From Pseudomonadota bacterium (GTDB lineage: Bacteria > Pseudomonadota > Gammaproteobacteria > Steroidobacterales > Steroidobacteraceae): DNA of 64,000 nt. Shown here in pieces: positions 31,490 through 40,477 of this stretch; the first letter of the stretch is position 1, and every line of letters begins with the position of its first letter. Under the pieces are notes generated by a model. The model saw only the letters and a program-made list of their open reading frames with translations, made no database searches and was not told where the DNA came from. Both the position numbers and the translations under genes were made by a program. The stretch spans positions 320,814-384,813 of the forward strand of contig JADJBE010000026.1 of assembly GCA_016703895.1 (NCBI GenBank), given 5' to 3'.

Positions 31490-32743
31490 ATGATGAGTCG
31501 CTCCACCGACCAGCATCCTGCCTCGATGTCCGACCCGGCGACGCAGGCCTCGCCTTTCGGCTACTACCAGCAAGTGCACAGTTCGCAACCGGTTAAACTC
31601 GACACTGCAACGGGTCTTTGGGTTATTGCTGGACACGCTGAGCTCGCCGAAGCGGCACGCAACTGGGAAGTCTTCTCGAGCGAAATTGACATGCGCCGCG
31701 GCGTGAGCCGCGTCGACTCATCCGCTGCCGACGAGTTATTGCGTCGCGATGGCTGGATCGCCCCGGACGTGCTGTCGCAGGTCGACCCGCCACGGCATAC
31801 TCGGTTCAGACGTCTGGTAGCAGGACTTTTTACCGGACCGGCAGTCAACCGCCTGCAGAGCTACCTCGACGCACATATCGTCGAGCTGCTGAATCGCTTG
31901 CCAGCCGACCTTCCTGTCGATTTCATGACGCACTTCGCGATCCCGCTACCGATCGATGTCATCGCCGACCAGTTAGGCGTACCTCGTGAGGACGCACCGC
32001 TACTCAAGCGCTGGACCGACGCGATTATCGAAACGCTCAACGCGATGATCACCGCCGATCGGAAACTCGCCTGCACGCGAGAAATCGTCGACTTCCAGCG
32101 ATATTTCGTGCAGCTGCGCGAGCGCAAGATGCGCGAGCCACGCAATGACATTCTCTCGACCCTCGCTGTGGCGAACACTGACGAAGGGGTCGCACTCACG
32201 ACCGAGGAATTCATTGCCATCTGTGCGCAGCTGATGGTCGCCGGTAATGAGACCACACGTAATCACCTTGCCAAGGGCGCCTGGCTACTCACGCAGCGCG
32301 CCGATCTTTTGCAGGCACTACATGACGAGCCAACGCTGGCTGCGCGGTTCGTCGATGAAACGCTGCGGCTGGAATCCCCGGTGCAAGGCCTGTTTCGGCG
32401 CTGCACGCGTGACTACCCGTTAGGCGGCGCAGTCATTCCGGCAGGTGCGCGAGTGGTGCTGCTGTATGGTGCCGCCAATCGCGATCCGCGGGAGTTCCCA
32501 GACCCAGCCGAATTGCGACTCGACCGGCCAAACGTTACCCGGCACATGGCATTTGGCCACGGGATTCATGGCTGCGTGGGGCGTGTACTGGCGACCGCCG
32601 AGCTCACCGCAGCCTTCAGACATCTCACACAACGATTCGAAAAGATCGAACTGGATCCGAGTGCGTGTGAGCCGGCTCACAAGCCGCACTTTAGTCTGCG
32701 CGGACTCGATTCGTTGTCGTTGATCCTGACCCGAAGGATGTGA
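31490..32743 (+). CDS. cytochrome P450
   Basis: 417 aa. SD GAGGAG upstream. I-helix AGNETT, ExxR (ETLRLESP) and heme-thiolate loop FGHGIHGCVGRVLA. No ferredoxin or reductase gene adjacent. Confidence 0.93.
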   Translation: MMSRSTDQHPASMSDPATQASPFGYYQQVHSSQPVKLDTATGLWVIAGHAELAEAARNWEVFSSEIDMRRGVSRVDSSAADELLRRDGWIAPDVLSQVDPPRHTRFRRLVAGLFTGPAVNRLQSYLDAHIVELLNRLPADLPVDFMTHFAIPLPIDVIADQLGVPREDAPLLKRWTDAIIETLNAMITADRKLACTREIVDFQRYFVQLRERKMREPRNDILSTLAVANTDEGVALTTEEFIAICAQLMVAGNETTRNHLAKGAWLLTQRADLLQALHDEPTLAARFVDETLRLESPVQGLFRRCTRDYPLGGAVIPAGARVVLLYGAANRDPREFPDPAELRLDRPNVTRHMAFGHGIHGCVGRVLATAELTAAFRHLTQRFEKIELDPSACEPAHKPHFSLRGLDSLSLILTRRM

Positions 32744-32796
32744 ACCAGCGATACACCGACGACGGTATCGTGCATCTGCCAGCCCCGGGCGGTGCG

Positions 32797-33012
32797 CTAC
32801 CAATTGATCGACGTACCCACCATCAGAAAGCCGATGGTCAGCGCGATCCAGTTGCCTAGCGACTCGCGGCGCCGCAGGTAGACCAGACGCGCCCGTGCCA
32901 GCCGGCTGCCAAAGTCGTTGTCCTGTGTGCCCCGTCGTTCCAGGAACCGCTGCCAGCGGATTGCGGGTGAAGTGGCGACTGCATTGAGCGGGTAGCGAGA
33001 TGGTGTATTCAT
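32797..33012 (-). CDS. small tail-anchored membrane protein (71 aa), unknown function
   Basis: A strong SD on the coding strand (TAAGGAGG, 7 nt before ATG 33012). Basic N-terminal region and one C-terminal TM (LGNWIALTIGFLMVGTSINW). Divergent from the response regulator gene. Confidence 0.55.
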   Translation of the reverse strand: MNTPSRYPLNAVATSPAIRWQRFLERRGTQDNDFGSRLARARLVYLRRRESLGNWIALTIGFLMVGTSINW

Positions 33013-33155
33013 GCTGGATCCTCCTTAGCCTGGAGGTCATTACACCGCTGCATTGGGGCGAGATTGCCCGCAGGTTTCTGGCGCCACGGGGATCGATTCT
33101 GACCAATTGTGGCCGAGCTGCGCAGGCGGCAAATCGCGCGCTACACTGCGTCCCC

Positions 33156-33845
33156 ATGAAGAAGCAGATTGCGATCGTCGAGGACGAAGCGGCTATACGC
33201 GACAACTACGCCGCGGCCTTTGCACGCGAAGGCTATGCGGTGCGTACCTTTCCGAATCGGCGCGAGGCAATGACAGCATTTGCGACACGACTGCCTGATC
33301 TGGCGGTTATCGATATCTCACTGGAAGACGAGCCGGAAGGCGGCTTCGATCTTTGCCGTGAGCTACGCAATCTCTCGGCCGAGCTGCCCATCATTTTCCT
33401 CACCGCCCGCGATTCCGAACTCGATGCGGTGTCCGGTCTGCGCCTCGGTGCCGATGATTTCCTCACCAAGGACCTCTCGATCGGCCATCTGATCGCCCGG
33501 GTCAACGCTTTGTTTCGCCGCGTCGATGCGCTGCGTCGACCGGCGCAGGATCAGCAGATCGTCAGGCGCGGCGCCCTGACGATCGACGCGGAACGGATGT
33601 CCGTGCAATGGCAGGGCCAGGTCGTGCTGTTGTCGCTGACCGAATTCTGGATCGTGCATGCTTTGGCCAAGCATCCCGGCCACGTCAAGAACCGGCAGCA
33701 ACTGATGGACGCCGCGAACGTGGTGCTGGATGACAACACGATCACTTCGCACGTGAAGCGCATCCGGCGCAAGTTTCAGCTCATCGATGCCAGCTGCGAT
33801 ACGATCCAGACAGTCTATGGAATGGGCTACCGCTGGGTGGAATGA
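33156..33845 (+). CDS. OmpR-family response regulator
   Basis: ATG 33156 gives MKKQIAIVEDEAAIRDNY.. with receiver Asp (LAVIDISL) and a winged-helix C-domain (LTEFWIVHAL...VYGMGYRW). Confidence 0.92.
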   Translation: MKKQIAIVEDEAAIRDNYAAAFAREGYAVRTFPNRREAMTAFATRLPDLAVIDISLEDEPEGGFDLCRELRNLSAELPIIFLTARDSELDAVSGLRLGADDFLTKDLSIGHLIARVNALFRRVDALRRPAQDQQIVRRGALTIDAERMSVQWQGQVVLLSLTEFWIVHALAKHPGHVKNRQQLMDAANVVLDDNTITSHVKRIRRKFQLIDASCDTIQTVYGMGYRWVE

Positions 33846-35955
33846 GACCTTGAATCTTGGTCCTACCAGCCCACTGCGCCTGCGCACCAAATTATTGTTG
33901 CTAGCACTAACGACTCTGGCATTGCCGTGGGCGGGCTGCCAATACGCCAAGGAGATGGAGTCGGTACTGCGGCAAAGCGAACAGCAATCGCTGCTCGCGG
34001 TCGCTGGCACGATCGCGGCATCACTGCAGGGTCGCCGCGAACTTCTCTATCGCAACGGTGCCGCGAGCGGCGCGGCGGCAGCGCCGGGGCCGCTCGATAT
34101 CGAACCGATTGTCATCACAGCAACGCCAGTCCTTGACGGCATCGCTGACGAATGGCCGACGGACAGCCGCAACACCAAGGTGCTCGAACGAGCCGATGGC
34201 GACGGCTTACGTCTGCTGACTGCCACGCGTGAACGTTGGTTGTATGTGCTGGCGATCGTCGCAGACAACGCCCTCGTGTTCGATCGCTCGGATGTCACGC
34301 CGCTGGATACGGCAACGCTGGGTGATCGATTGTGGGTTGCTTTTGACGAGCCACGAGGTGGGCAGCGCCGGGTATTTCTCGCAGCGTCCGGGCCGGGTGC
34401 GCTGCGCGGCCGGCGGATCGAAACACGCGAGTACGGTCGCGAGGACGTGGTGGATGAGCCGCGTATCGAGGGCGCCTGGCGCGCCACACGGTCTGGTTAC
34501 GTGGTCGAGTTTCGCGTGCCCCTGTCGATGATCGGCCAGCACTTCGGCGTGCTGATCGACGATCGTGATCGACGCGGCGGCGTACGCAGCAGTATCGGCA
34601 CGCTCGAGCCCGGTGAGTTGACGGCGATCGGCCGCTTGTTAGCCGCCTCGCCGGATCTGAGCGAACGACTGCAACAGTTCGCGCAGCCCGGCGTTGAACT
34701 GACCGTGGCGAGCCAGACGGGCACCACCTTGGCACGTCTCGACGCACCTGCGCTACCACAGGACTACACCGCGATGCGCGGGTTGTTACCACGGCTGTAT
34801 CGACGCTTTCTCGATGGCGACCGTGTGCCTCGCCAAACCTCGGACGGCGAGCGCGATCGATTGAGTCGGCAACAGATCGAGTCTGCGAGCAGCGGCAAGG
34901 CCACGACGGCCCTGACAGCAGGGCGCTATGAGAATCGCGTCATCGTGACAGCGGCTGTGCCGATCTTCGACACTAACAATAAACGCGTGATCGGCGTCCT
35001 GCAGCTCGCGCAGACCGCGGACCGCTGGCTGACGCTGCGCGACCGCGCGCTGACCCGACTACTTAATCTCACGCTGCTGGTCACCGGACTCGCCGTACTG
35101 GCAACATTCTGGTTTGCCGGTCGGCTGGCACTTCGAATCGCGCGACTGCGAACCGCCAGCGAAAACGCCTTGACCCGCGAGGGGCGTTTGACGGTGGAAC
35201 TACCGGAGACCGCAGCAGCCGATGAGCTGGGCGACCTGTCGCGCAGTTTCGAGGCGTTGTTGCGGCGGCTCAACGGCTACACCGGATACTTGCGCACTTT
35301 GGCAGGCAAACTGGCGCACGAAATTCGCACGCCACTCACAATCGTCCGCTCCTCGCTCGATAATCTGGAACACGAGCGGCTCACGGGCGACGCCGCGGCC
35401 TACGTGGCGCGTGCACGGCAAGGGGCGGAGCGACTCAATGGCATTCTGATCGCGATGGGTGCGGCAACGCGGGTCGAGGAAGCGATCGAGAACAGCGAGC
35501 GGGCACAGTTCGATCTGAACGCAGTGCTCCGATCTGCGGTTGATGCGTACACAACTGCGTTTTCTGCGCGCAAGTTCACACTGGCACTGCCGGACAAGCC
35601 CACCCGAGTAGATGGCTCAGCGGATCTTATCGTGCAGATGCTGGACAAGTTAATCGACAATGCCATCGATTTCAGCGCAGAAGGCGACACAATTACGATA
35701 AGTCTAGTGCATGACGAATTGCGCGCCAGGTTGGAGGTGAAGAACCCTGGACCGTTGCTACCCGCATCGCGCGCACCCTTGTTCGAATCGCTGTGGCAAT
35801 CGCGCAAGGACGATGACGGGCGGCCTCATTTTGGCCTGGGACTCTACATTGTCCGCCTGATCGCCGATTTTCACGGCGGTATCGCGCAAGCAAGCAACTT
35901 GCCGGATGGCACCGGTGTAGCTATCCGCGTCACACTGACGCGATCCAGCGACTGA
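33817..35955 (+). CDS. sensor histidine kinase with a large periplasmic domain (CBM9/DOMON-like by eye)
   Basis: Overlaps the RR gene end; the start is ATG 33817 or TTG 33850. TM1, then a periplasmic region of about 370 aa containing VLDGIADEWP, then TM2. H-box LAHEIRTPLT, N-box DKLIDNAIDF and G-box GLGLYIVRLIADFHGG. Confidence 0.88.
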   Translation: MEWATAGWNETLNLGPTSPLRLRTKLLLLALTTLALPWAGCQYAKEMESVLRQSEQQSLLAVAGTIAASLQGRRELLYRNGAASGAAAAPGPLDIEPIVITATPVLDGIADEWPTDSRNTKVLERADGDGLRLLTATRERWLYVLAIVADNALVFDRSDVTPLDTATLGDRLWVAFDEPRGGQRRVFLAASGPGALRGRRIETREYGREDVVDEPRIEGAWRATRSGYVVEFRVPLSMIGQHFGVLIDDRDRRGGVRSSIGTLEPGELTAIGRLLAASPDLSERLQQFAQPGVELTVASQTGTTLARLDAPALPQDYTAMRGLLPRLYRRFLDGDRVPRQTSDGERDRLSRQQIESASSGKATTALTAGRYENRVIVTAAVPIFDTNNKRVIGVLQLAQTADRWLTLRDRALTRLLNLTLLVTGLAVLATFWFAGRLALRIARLRTASENALTREGRLTVELPETAAADELGDLSRSFEALLRRLNGYTGYLRTLAGKLAHEIRTPLTIVRSSLDNLEHERLTGDAAAYVARARQGAERLNGILIAMGAATRVEEAIENSERAQFDLNAVLRSAVDAYTTAFSARKFTLALPDKPTRVDGSADLIVQMLDKLIDNAIDFSAEGDTITISLVHDELRARLEVKNPGPLLPASRAPLFESLWQSRKDDDGRPHFGLGLYIVRLIADFHGGIAQASNLPDGTGVAIRVTLTRSSD

Positions 35956-36368
35956 CTGTCGCGCTCTTACGACATTGGTTTTTTGTCAGAACTCTTTACA
36001 ATGGTCCCAAGTAGTAGCTCGGTCGATGCGCCAACTCATTCATTTATATGATGTTTGTCGTAGCGGCACGAAAAATGCTGCTGCAGCTTAGGAAGATGGT
36101 TGATGTAATTGCGAGACAGTAATTGCATCAAGCTGATCGGATCAACTCAACGGATCAATTAGAAACCTCGGACTTGCTCGCGAGCACGGTATAGGCGGTC
36201 GTCATTAGTCAGGCGGCTGTCTGGACAAGGTAAAGACGCGAATTGACGCGTAGGCCACATGTGTTGGCCGGTGGTATTGCCACCAGCCCTCCAGCCGAAA
36301 TGGATAGCGCTCGTGCAGGCGATTTTTTGCTGACAAGCGATGGACCGGAGTCGACGATAGATAGTTAC

Positions 36369-36396
36369 ACGCCTCGCTATGCGAGGCGTTTTTTTT
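36369..36396 (+). terminator. Rho-independent terminator (plus-strand orientation)
   Basis: ACGCCTCGC-TAT-GCGAGGCGT forms a perfect 9-bp stem with a 3-nt loop. It runs into 8 consecutive T (36389-36396, the first T closing the stem). No annotated plus-strand gene ends here. Confidence 0.75.
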
Positions 36397-36408
36397 GGCT
36401 GCTGCTCG

Positions 36409-37185
36409 TCAGCCCAACGGGTCGCTGAGAAACCGCTCCCGCACCTGGCGCTCGAACGTCGCTGCATCCCGCGCGATCACATCGCGAAACTTCACACCCG
36501 CATCCCCTGGGAAGATCTCTTCCTGCCCGTCCGCGAGCGCCGCAAGCACCTCGCGTGCATGGTCGCGAGCCGTCAACTTGGGCCCCGGAGTGTTCTTCGA
36601 CATGTCGCTCTCGACACCCGCCGGGTAGACGTTCGCTACCCACGTACCCTGCCCGTAGAGTTCGGCACGGACAGCAACTCCCATCGCGCGCGCCGCCCAC
36701 TTCGATGCGGAATAACTACCGAACTCCGGTAGCACGAACAAGGCTCCGACCGAGAGAATGTTGACGATCGCGCCACCCCCGTTCTCGCCCAACTGAAACG
36801 CGAAGGCGCGACACATTTCCAGTTGGCCCCAGAAGTTGGTATCCATCACGAGTCGCGAGTCGTCGAGATTCGGCGAACCGATGAGTCGCCGCTGACCAGC
36901 GGCGCCGGAGATCCCCGCGTTGTTGATCAGCAGCGTTACATCGGTCGCGCGGCGTGCCGCCGCGAGTATCAGATCGATACGCGTTACGTCGACCACCAAC
37001 GGCGTGACGCGGTCTGGGTCGAGCGCCACCAGCGGTTCCAGACTCTCCGCACTACGGGCTGCCGCATAGACGCGCTTGGCACCACCGTCGAGCAGTTCTT
37101 CCACGAAGCCTTTGCCGATACCCCGATTTGCGCCGGTTACGAGCGCGACACAATCCGCGACACGCGGCGCGACTGGAACTGCCAT
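36409..37185 (-). CDS. short-chain dehydrogenase/reductase (SDR)
   Basis: ATG 37185 follows GGGGAG. Cofactor motif VTGANRGIGKG, NNAG, and catalytic YSASKWA. Confidence 0.9.
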   Translation of the reverse strand: MAVPVAPRVADCVALVTGANRGIGKGFVEELLDGGAKRVYAAARSAESLEPLVALDPDRVTPLVVDVTRIDLILAAARRATDVTLLINNAGISGAAGQRRLIGSPNLDDSRLVMDTNFWGQLEMCRAFAFQLGENGGGAIVNILSVGALFVLPEFGSYSASKWAARAMGVAVRAELYGQGTWVANVYPAGVESDMSKNTPGPKLTARDHAREVLAALADGQEEIFPGDAGVKFRDVIARDAATFERQVRERFLSDPLG

Positions 37186-37229
37186 TGAATCTCCCCGGCT
37201 TGGCTTGCGATGCGGGACTAGTCTAGCGA

Positions 37230-38789
37230 CTATTGATGCGCTGCGCGTGCCGTATCGTGGCAAATCCACGGCAGCGCTGCTTCAGGAACGGATTCGCCCA
37301 ACACACCGCGCGCAACCAGGTCGGTCGCCGTCATGATGTCCGGATGCAAGTAGCGATCGTCCTCGAGGTGCGGCACATATGAGCGGAGCAGCCGCCGAAC
37401 GCGTTCCAGCGACGCGCTCGAAAGCAATGGCGCATGAAAGTCGCAGCCCTGCGCAGCGGCTAACCACTCGATCGCAACGATGGCTGTGGCGTTCGCTACC
37501 ATCGGCTGCAGACGGCGCGCGGCGTGCGCTGCCATCGACACGTGATCCTCCTGGTTCGCGGAGGTGGGAATGGAATCGACACTGGCAGGATAGGCGCGCT
37601 GCTTGTTCTCCGAGACGAGTGCGGCCGCGGTTACTTGCGGCATCATGAAGCCTGAGTTCAGTCCCGGCTTGGGCGTAAGGAAGGCTGGTAACCCCGAGAG
37701 CGCGGAATCCACCAGCATGGCAATGCGGCGCTCAGCGAGCGAACCAATCTCGCACACCGCAAGCGCGATCATGTCGGCTGCAAACGCAACCGGCTCGGCG
37801 TGAAAGTTGCCACCAGACAACGCCTCATCGCTCGCCGCGAAGATCAGCGGGTTGTCAGTGACGGCATTCGCTTCGTCACCCAGAGTCGCCGCCGCCTGAC
37901 GCAGCACGTCGAGCGCCGCACCCATGACTTGCGGCTGGCAGCGCAAACAGTACGGGTCTTGCACGCGCTCGTCTCCCGCCCGATGCGATTCACGGATCAT
38001 GGAACCGGCCATCAACCGCTGAATCGCGGCGGCGCTGTCGATTTGACCGCGGTGCAAACGTAACTGGCTGATGCGCGGATCGAACGGTGCGTCGGAACCT
38101 TTTGCGGCCTCGGTCGACAATGCGCCGGTAATGAGTGCTGCGCGGAACAGGTTCTCCGCATCAAACAGACCCGCCAGCGCACAGGCGGTCGAAAACTGCG
38201 TGCCGTTCAACAGCGCCAAACCCTCCTTGGGGCCAAGCTGCAATGGCGCGAGACCTGCCTCGGCCAGTGCAATAGCCGCCGGTTGCCGGCCGGCAACCGT
38301 GTCGATCTCACCCTCCCCCAGCATCGTTGCTGCCATATGGGCCAACGGCGCCAAGTCACCAGAAGCGCCAACCGACCCCTGCGAGGGTATCACCGGAATA
38401 AGACCTCGCTGCAGCATTAGAATAAGTCGCTGCACAGTCGTTAGGCGAACGCCCGAATAGCCTTGTGCCAGACTCGCCACTTTCAAGGCCAGCATGAGCC
38501 GGACAACTGCCTGGGGTAGCGGCTCACCGACCCCGACGGAATGCGACAGTACGATGTTCCGCTGCAAGCGGCCGAGCTCGACAGCTTCGATCTTGACCGT
38601 AGCGAGCTTGCCAAAGCCGGTGTTGATTCCGTACACCGGCTCGCCACGCGCGACGATGCGCTCCACCGTGCTCGCCCCGCGCTCGACAGGCGCTTGCCAG
38701 CCAGTCGCCAGTGTCACACTGGCGCCATGATAGATTGCGCGCCAATCGGTGAGCGATGTCGCGCCGGGTTGCAATTGGACGTCAGCCAT
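37230..38789 (-). CDS. hutH: histidine ammonia-lyase (aromatic amino-acid ammonia-lyase family)
   Basis: 519 aa. MIO-forming [14 protein letters not shown]. The [17 protein letters not shown] region carries the Ser-His pair typical of HAL rather than PAL/TAL. No hutU, hutI or hutG in the window. Confidence 0.85.
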   Translation of the reverse strand: MADVQLQPGATSLTDWRAIYHGASVTLATGWQAPVERGASTVERIVARGEPVYGINTGFGKLATVKIEAVELGRLQRNIVLSHSVGVGEPLPQAVVRLMLALKVASLAQGYSGVRLTTVQRLILMLQRGLIPVIPSQGSVGASGDLAPLAHMAATMLGEGEIDTVAGRQPAAIALAEAGLAPLQLGPKEGLALLNGTQFSTACALAGLFDAENLFRAALITGALSTEAAKGSDAPFDPRISQLRLHRGQIDSAAAIQRLMAGSMIRESHRAGDERVQDPYCLRCQPQVMGAALDVLRQAAATLGDEANAVTDNPLIFAASDEALSGGNFHAEPVAFAADMIALAVCEIGSLAERRIAMLVDSALSGLPAFLTPKPGLNSGFMMPQVTAAALVSENKQRAYPASVDSIPTSANQEDHVSMAAHAARRLQPMVANATAIVAIEWLAAAQGCDFHAPLLSSASLERVRRLLRSYVPHLEDDRYLHPDIMTATDLVARGVLGESVPEAALPWICHDTARAAHQ

Positions 38790-38929
38790 AGGCCATAGTA
38801 GATCAGTTGTGGTTACCGATCGACGCTACCGGTACATAAGCATATGAAGCTTACCGCTAAGGGATAGTCCGCATGGCACGAACAGTCCCGCGCCTGCATA
38901 CTGATTACTACATGAGGAGGATATGAACT

Positions 38930-39215
38930 ATGACGACCAACGCATCGACCGACAAACTGCTGCAGGACCTGCGCGCTGCAGTAGCCGACGTCGAGACACT
39001 GCTCAACGACTCGGTGGATATCGGCAGCGAGCGGCTGACGGAGATTCGTGACCGCGCGCAAAACCAGCCTGCATCGTGCGCAGGAGGAAATCACGCGTCG
39101 CGCCCGTGCGGCGGGCCAGACAACCGATCGATATGTCCACGAGCACCCGTGGACGACCATCGCGGCAGGCGCTAGCTTGGCATTTCTCGCTGGTCTGCTG
39201 CTGGCACGTCGCTAA
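38930..39215 (+). pseudogene. ElaB/YqjD (DUF883) family membrane-anchored stress protein, frameshifted at a homopolymer
   Basis: The N-part is MTTNASTDKLLQDLRAAVADVETLLNDSVDIGSERLTEIRDRAQ (ORF 38930..39175). The C-part is in another frame: TSLHRAQEEITRRARAAGQTTDRYVHEHPWTTIAAGASLAFLAGLLLARR* ending at TAA 39213-39215. The join is at the A4 run 39060-39063. Confidence 0.75.
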
Positions 39216-39235
39216 ATGCCGTCACGAGCGGCACG

Positions 39236-39655
39236 ATGGTAGCGACCACGCAACTGGACACCGACCGCCGCGGGCCCGGTTTGACCAACGCGCTGTGGCG
39301 AGTCGGTGCTGCGGCGCTGCAGTTGGTCGGCAACCGGGTCGAGCTGGCTACCGTCGAGCTAGAAGAAGAGCTGCGGAATGTTGCCGCGAGCGTGTTGTGG
39401 GGCGTCGCGGTGGTCGCGCTGACCAGTCTGGCACTCGGGTTTGCCGGCCTCAGCATCGTGCTGATGTGGTGGGACTCGCATCCAGCACTCGCGTCGTTAC
39501 TCGTCGCGCTGTCTTTTGCGCTCACTGCTCTCGGCATTGGCTGGCATTTTCACGGCTTGGGACGCGCACGCGAATCAGTACTCGAAACAACTCGCGCCGC
39601 GATACGCGAGGACTTGGAAGCATTGCGCCGCTCCCCGGGAAAGCGAGAGAACTGA
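39236..39655 (+). CDS. YqjE-like (DUF1469 / holin-X superfamily) membrane protein
   Basis: 139 aa. ..ALQLVGNRVELATVELEEELRNV followed by two TM helices. Position after the DUF883 gene matches the E. coli yqjD-yqjE-yqjK order. Confidence 0.7.
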   Translation: MVATTQLDTDRRGPGLTNALWRVGAAALQLVGNRVELATVELEEELRNVAASVLWGVAVVALTSLALGFAGLSIVLMWWDSHPALASLLVALSFALTALGIGWHFHGLGRARESVLETTRAAIREDLEALRRSPGKREN

Positions 39656-39656
39656 A

Positions 39657-39965
39657 TTGGTTGGCGGCTCGCAATCCAGACGATCGCAGCTTGCGGATCG
39701 ACGACGTTCGCTAGTCACTGAAGGCGATCTATTGCGTCGTTCGTTGTCGCCTGCCCTGCAGGATCTGACTGCCGAGCTGACGTCGCGTCGCCGCATTGGC
39801 ACAGTTGCGACGTTGTTTGCGAGGCACCCCGCCGGTGCCGGCTTGATGGGCTTGGTAGCACTGTCTGCGCTGCGCGGCCGACGCTACCCGTGGCAGCAAG
39901 TCGTGCGCTGGTTTGTCACGGGGGCGCAGCTCTGGCGAATGATTCGGGGCCGACGGCAGCTCTAG
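39657..39965 (+). CDS. YqjK-like protein
   Basis: TTG 39657 lies 2 nt after the upstream stop (within track ORF 39516..39965). RRSQLADRRRSLVTEGDLLRRSL.. then one TM and a basic C-terminus, as in YqjK. Confidence 0.55.
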   Translation: MVGGSQSRRSQLADRRRSLVTEGDLLRRSLSPALQDLTAELTSRRRIGTVATLFARHPAGAGLMGLVALSALRGRRYPWQQVVRWFVTGAQLWRMIRGRRQL

Positions 39966-40348
39966 AGTCCGGCGACACACGCCTTCAAAGCGTCGCGTAC
40001 CTGCAGCGCAATCGGCTCCAGGGCAGGGTTGCTCACTGCCTGCATCGACGCGACAGGGTCGACGGCCGACACTTCCACGCGACCGTCATCGAGCTGCTGA
40101 ACAATGACGTTGCAAGGCAACATCGTACCGATCTTATCTTCCGCCGACAGCGCCTGATACGCGAACTGCGGATTGCACGCTCCCAATATTCGATATGGTC
40201 GAAACTCGACGTCGAGTTTCTTCTTGAGTGTTGCCGTCACGTCGATCTCCGTGAGTACACCGAAGCCTCTCTTGCCGAGCTCAGTCGTTACGTGTGCAAT
40301 GGCGTCCGCGAATGGCATGTTGATCGTGCGGCTGAAATGATAGCTCAC
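39962..40348 (-). CDS. DUF302-domain protein
   Basis: GTG 40348 is preceded by AGGAGA at 6 nt (the track ORF starts at 40369). FADAIAHVTTELGKRGFGVLTEIDV...YRILGACNP are hallmarks of DUF302. Confidence 0.8.
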   Translation of the reverse strand: MSYHFSRTINMPFADAIAHVTTELGKRGFGVLTEIDVTATLKKKLDVEFRPYRILGACNPQFAYQALSAEDKIGTMLPCNVIVQQLDDGRVEVSAVDPVASMQAVSNPALEPIALQVRDALKACVAGL

Positions 40349-40477
40349 GGCATCTCTCCTAAAGTTCACTCCCTAACAAGGTAGCTCGCGCGCGCCGTGC
40401 GATGAATACGCAGATTCACGCATAGCTATTCCAGCAAGTTCCCCGCAGACTTTTTTCCTTTGCGAGGCGTTAGTCTC

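Noticed and set aside
33156-35955. Assigning the RR/HK pair to the 'proteobacterial dedicated sortase system'.
   Set aside because: The idea rests only on size and architecture recalled from memory. No sortase or LPXTG/vWFA target gene is in the window, so it is kept only as a hypothesis to test by HMM.
36243-36428. 61-aa plus-strand ORF in the orphan intergenic region.
   Set aside because: It has no SD, reads straight through the terminator hairpin and T8 tract, and overlaps the SDR gene end. The antisense 102-aa ORF 36159..36467 likewise lacks an SD and overlaps the SDR stop.
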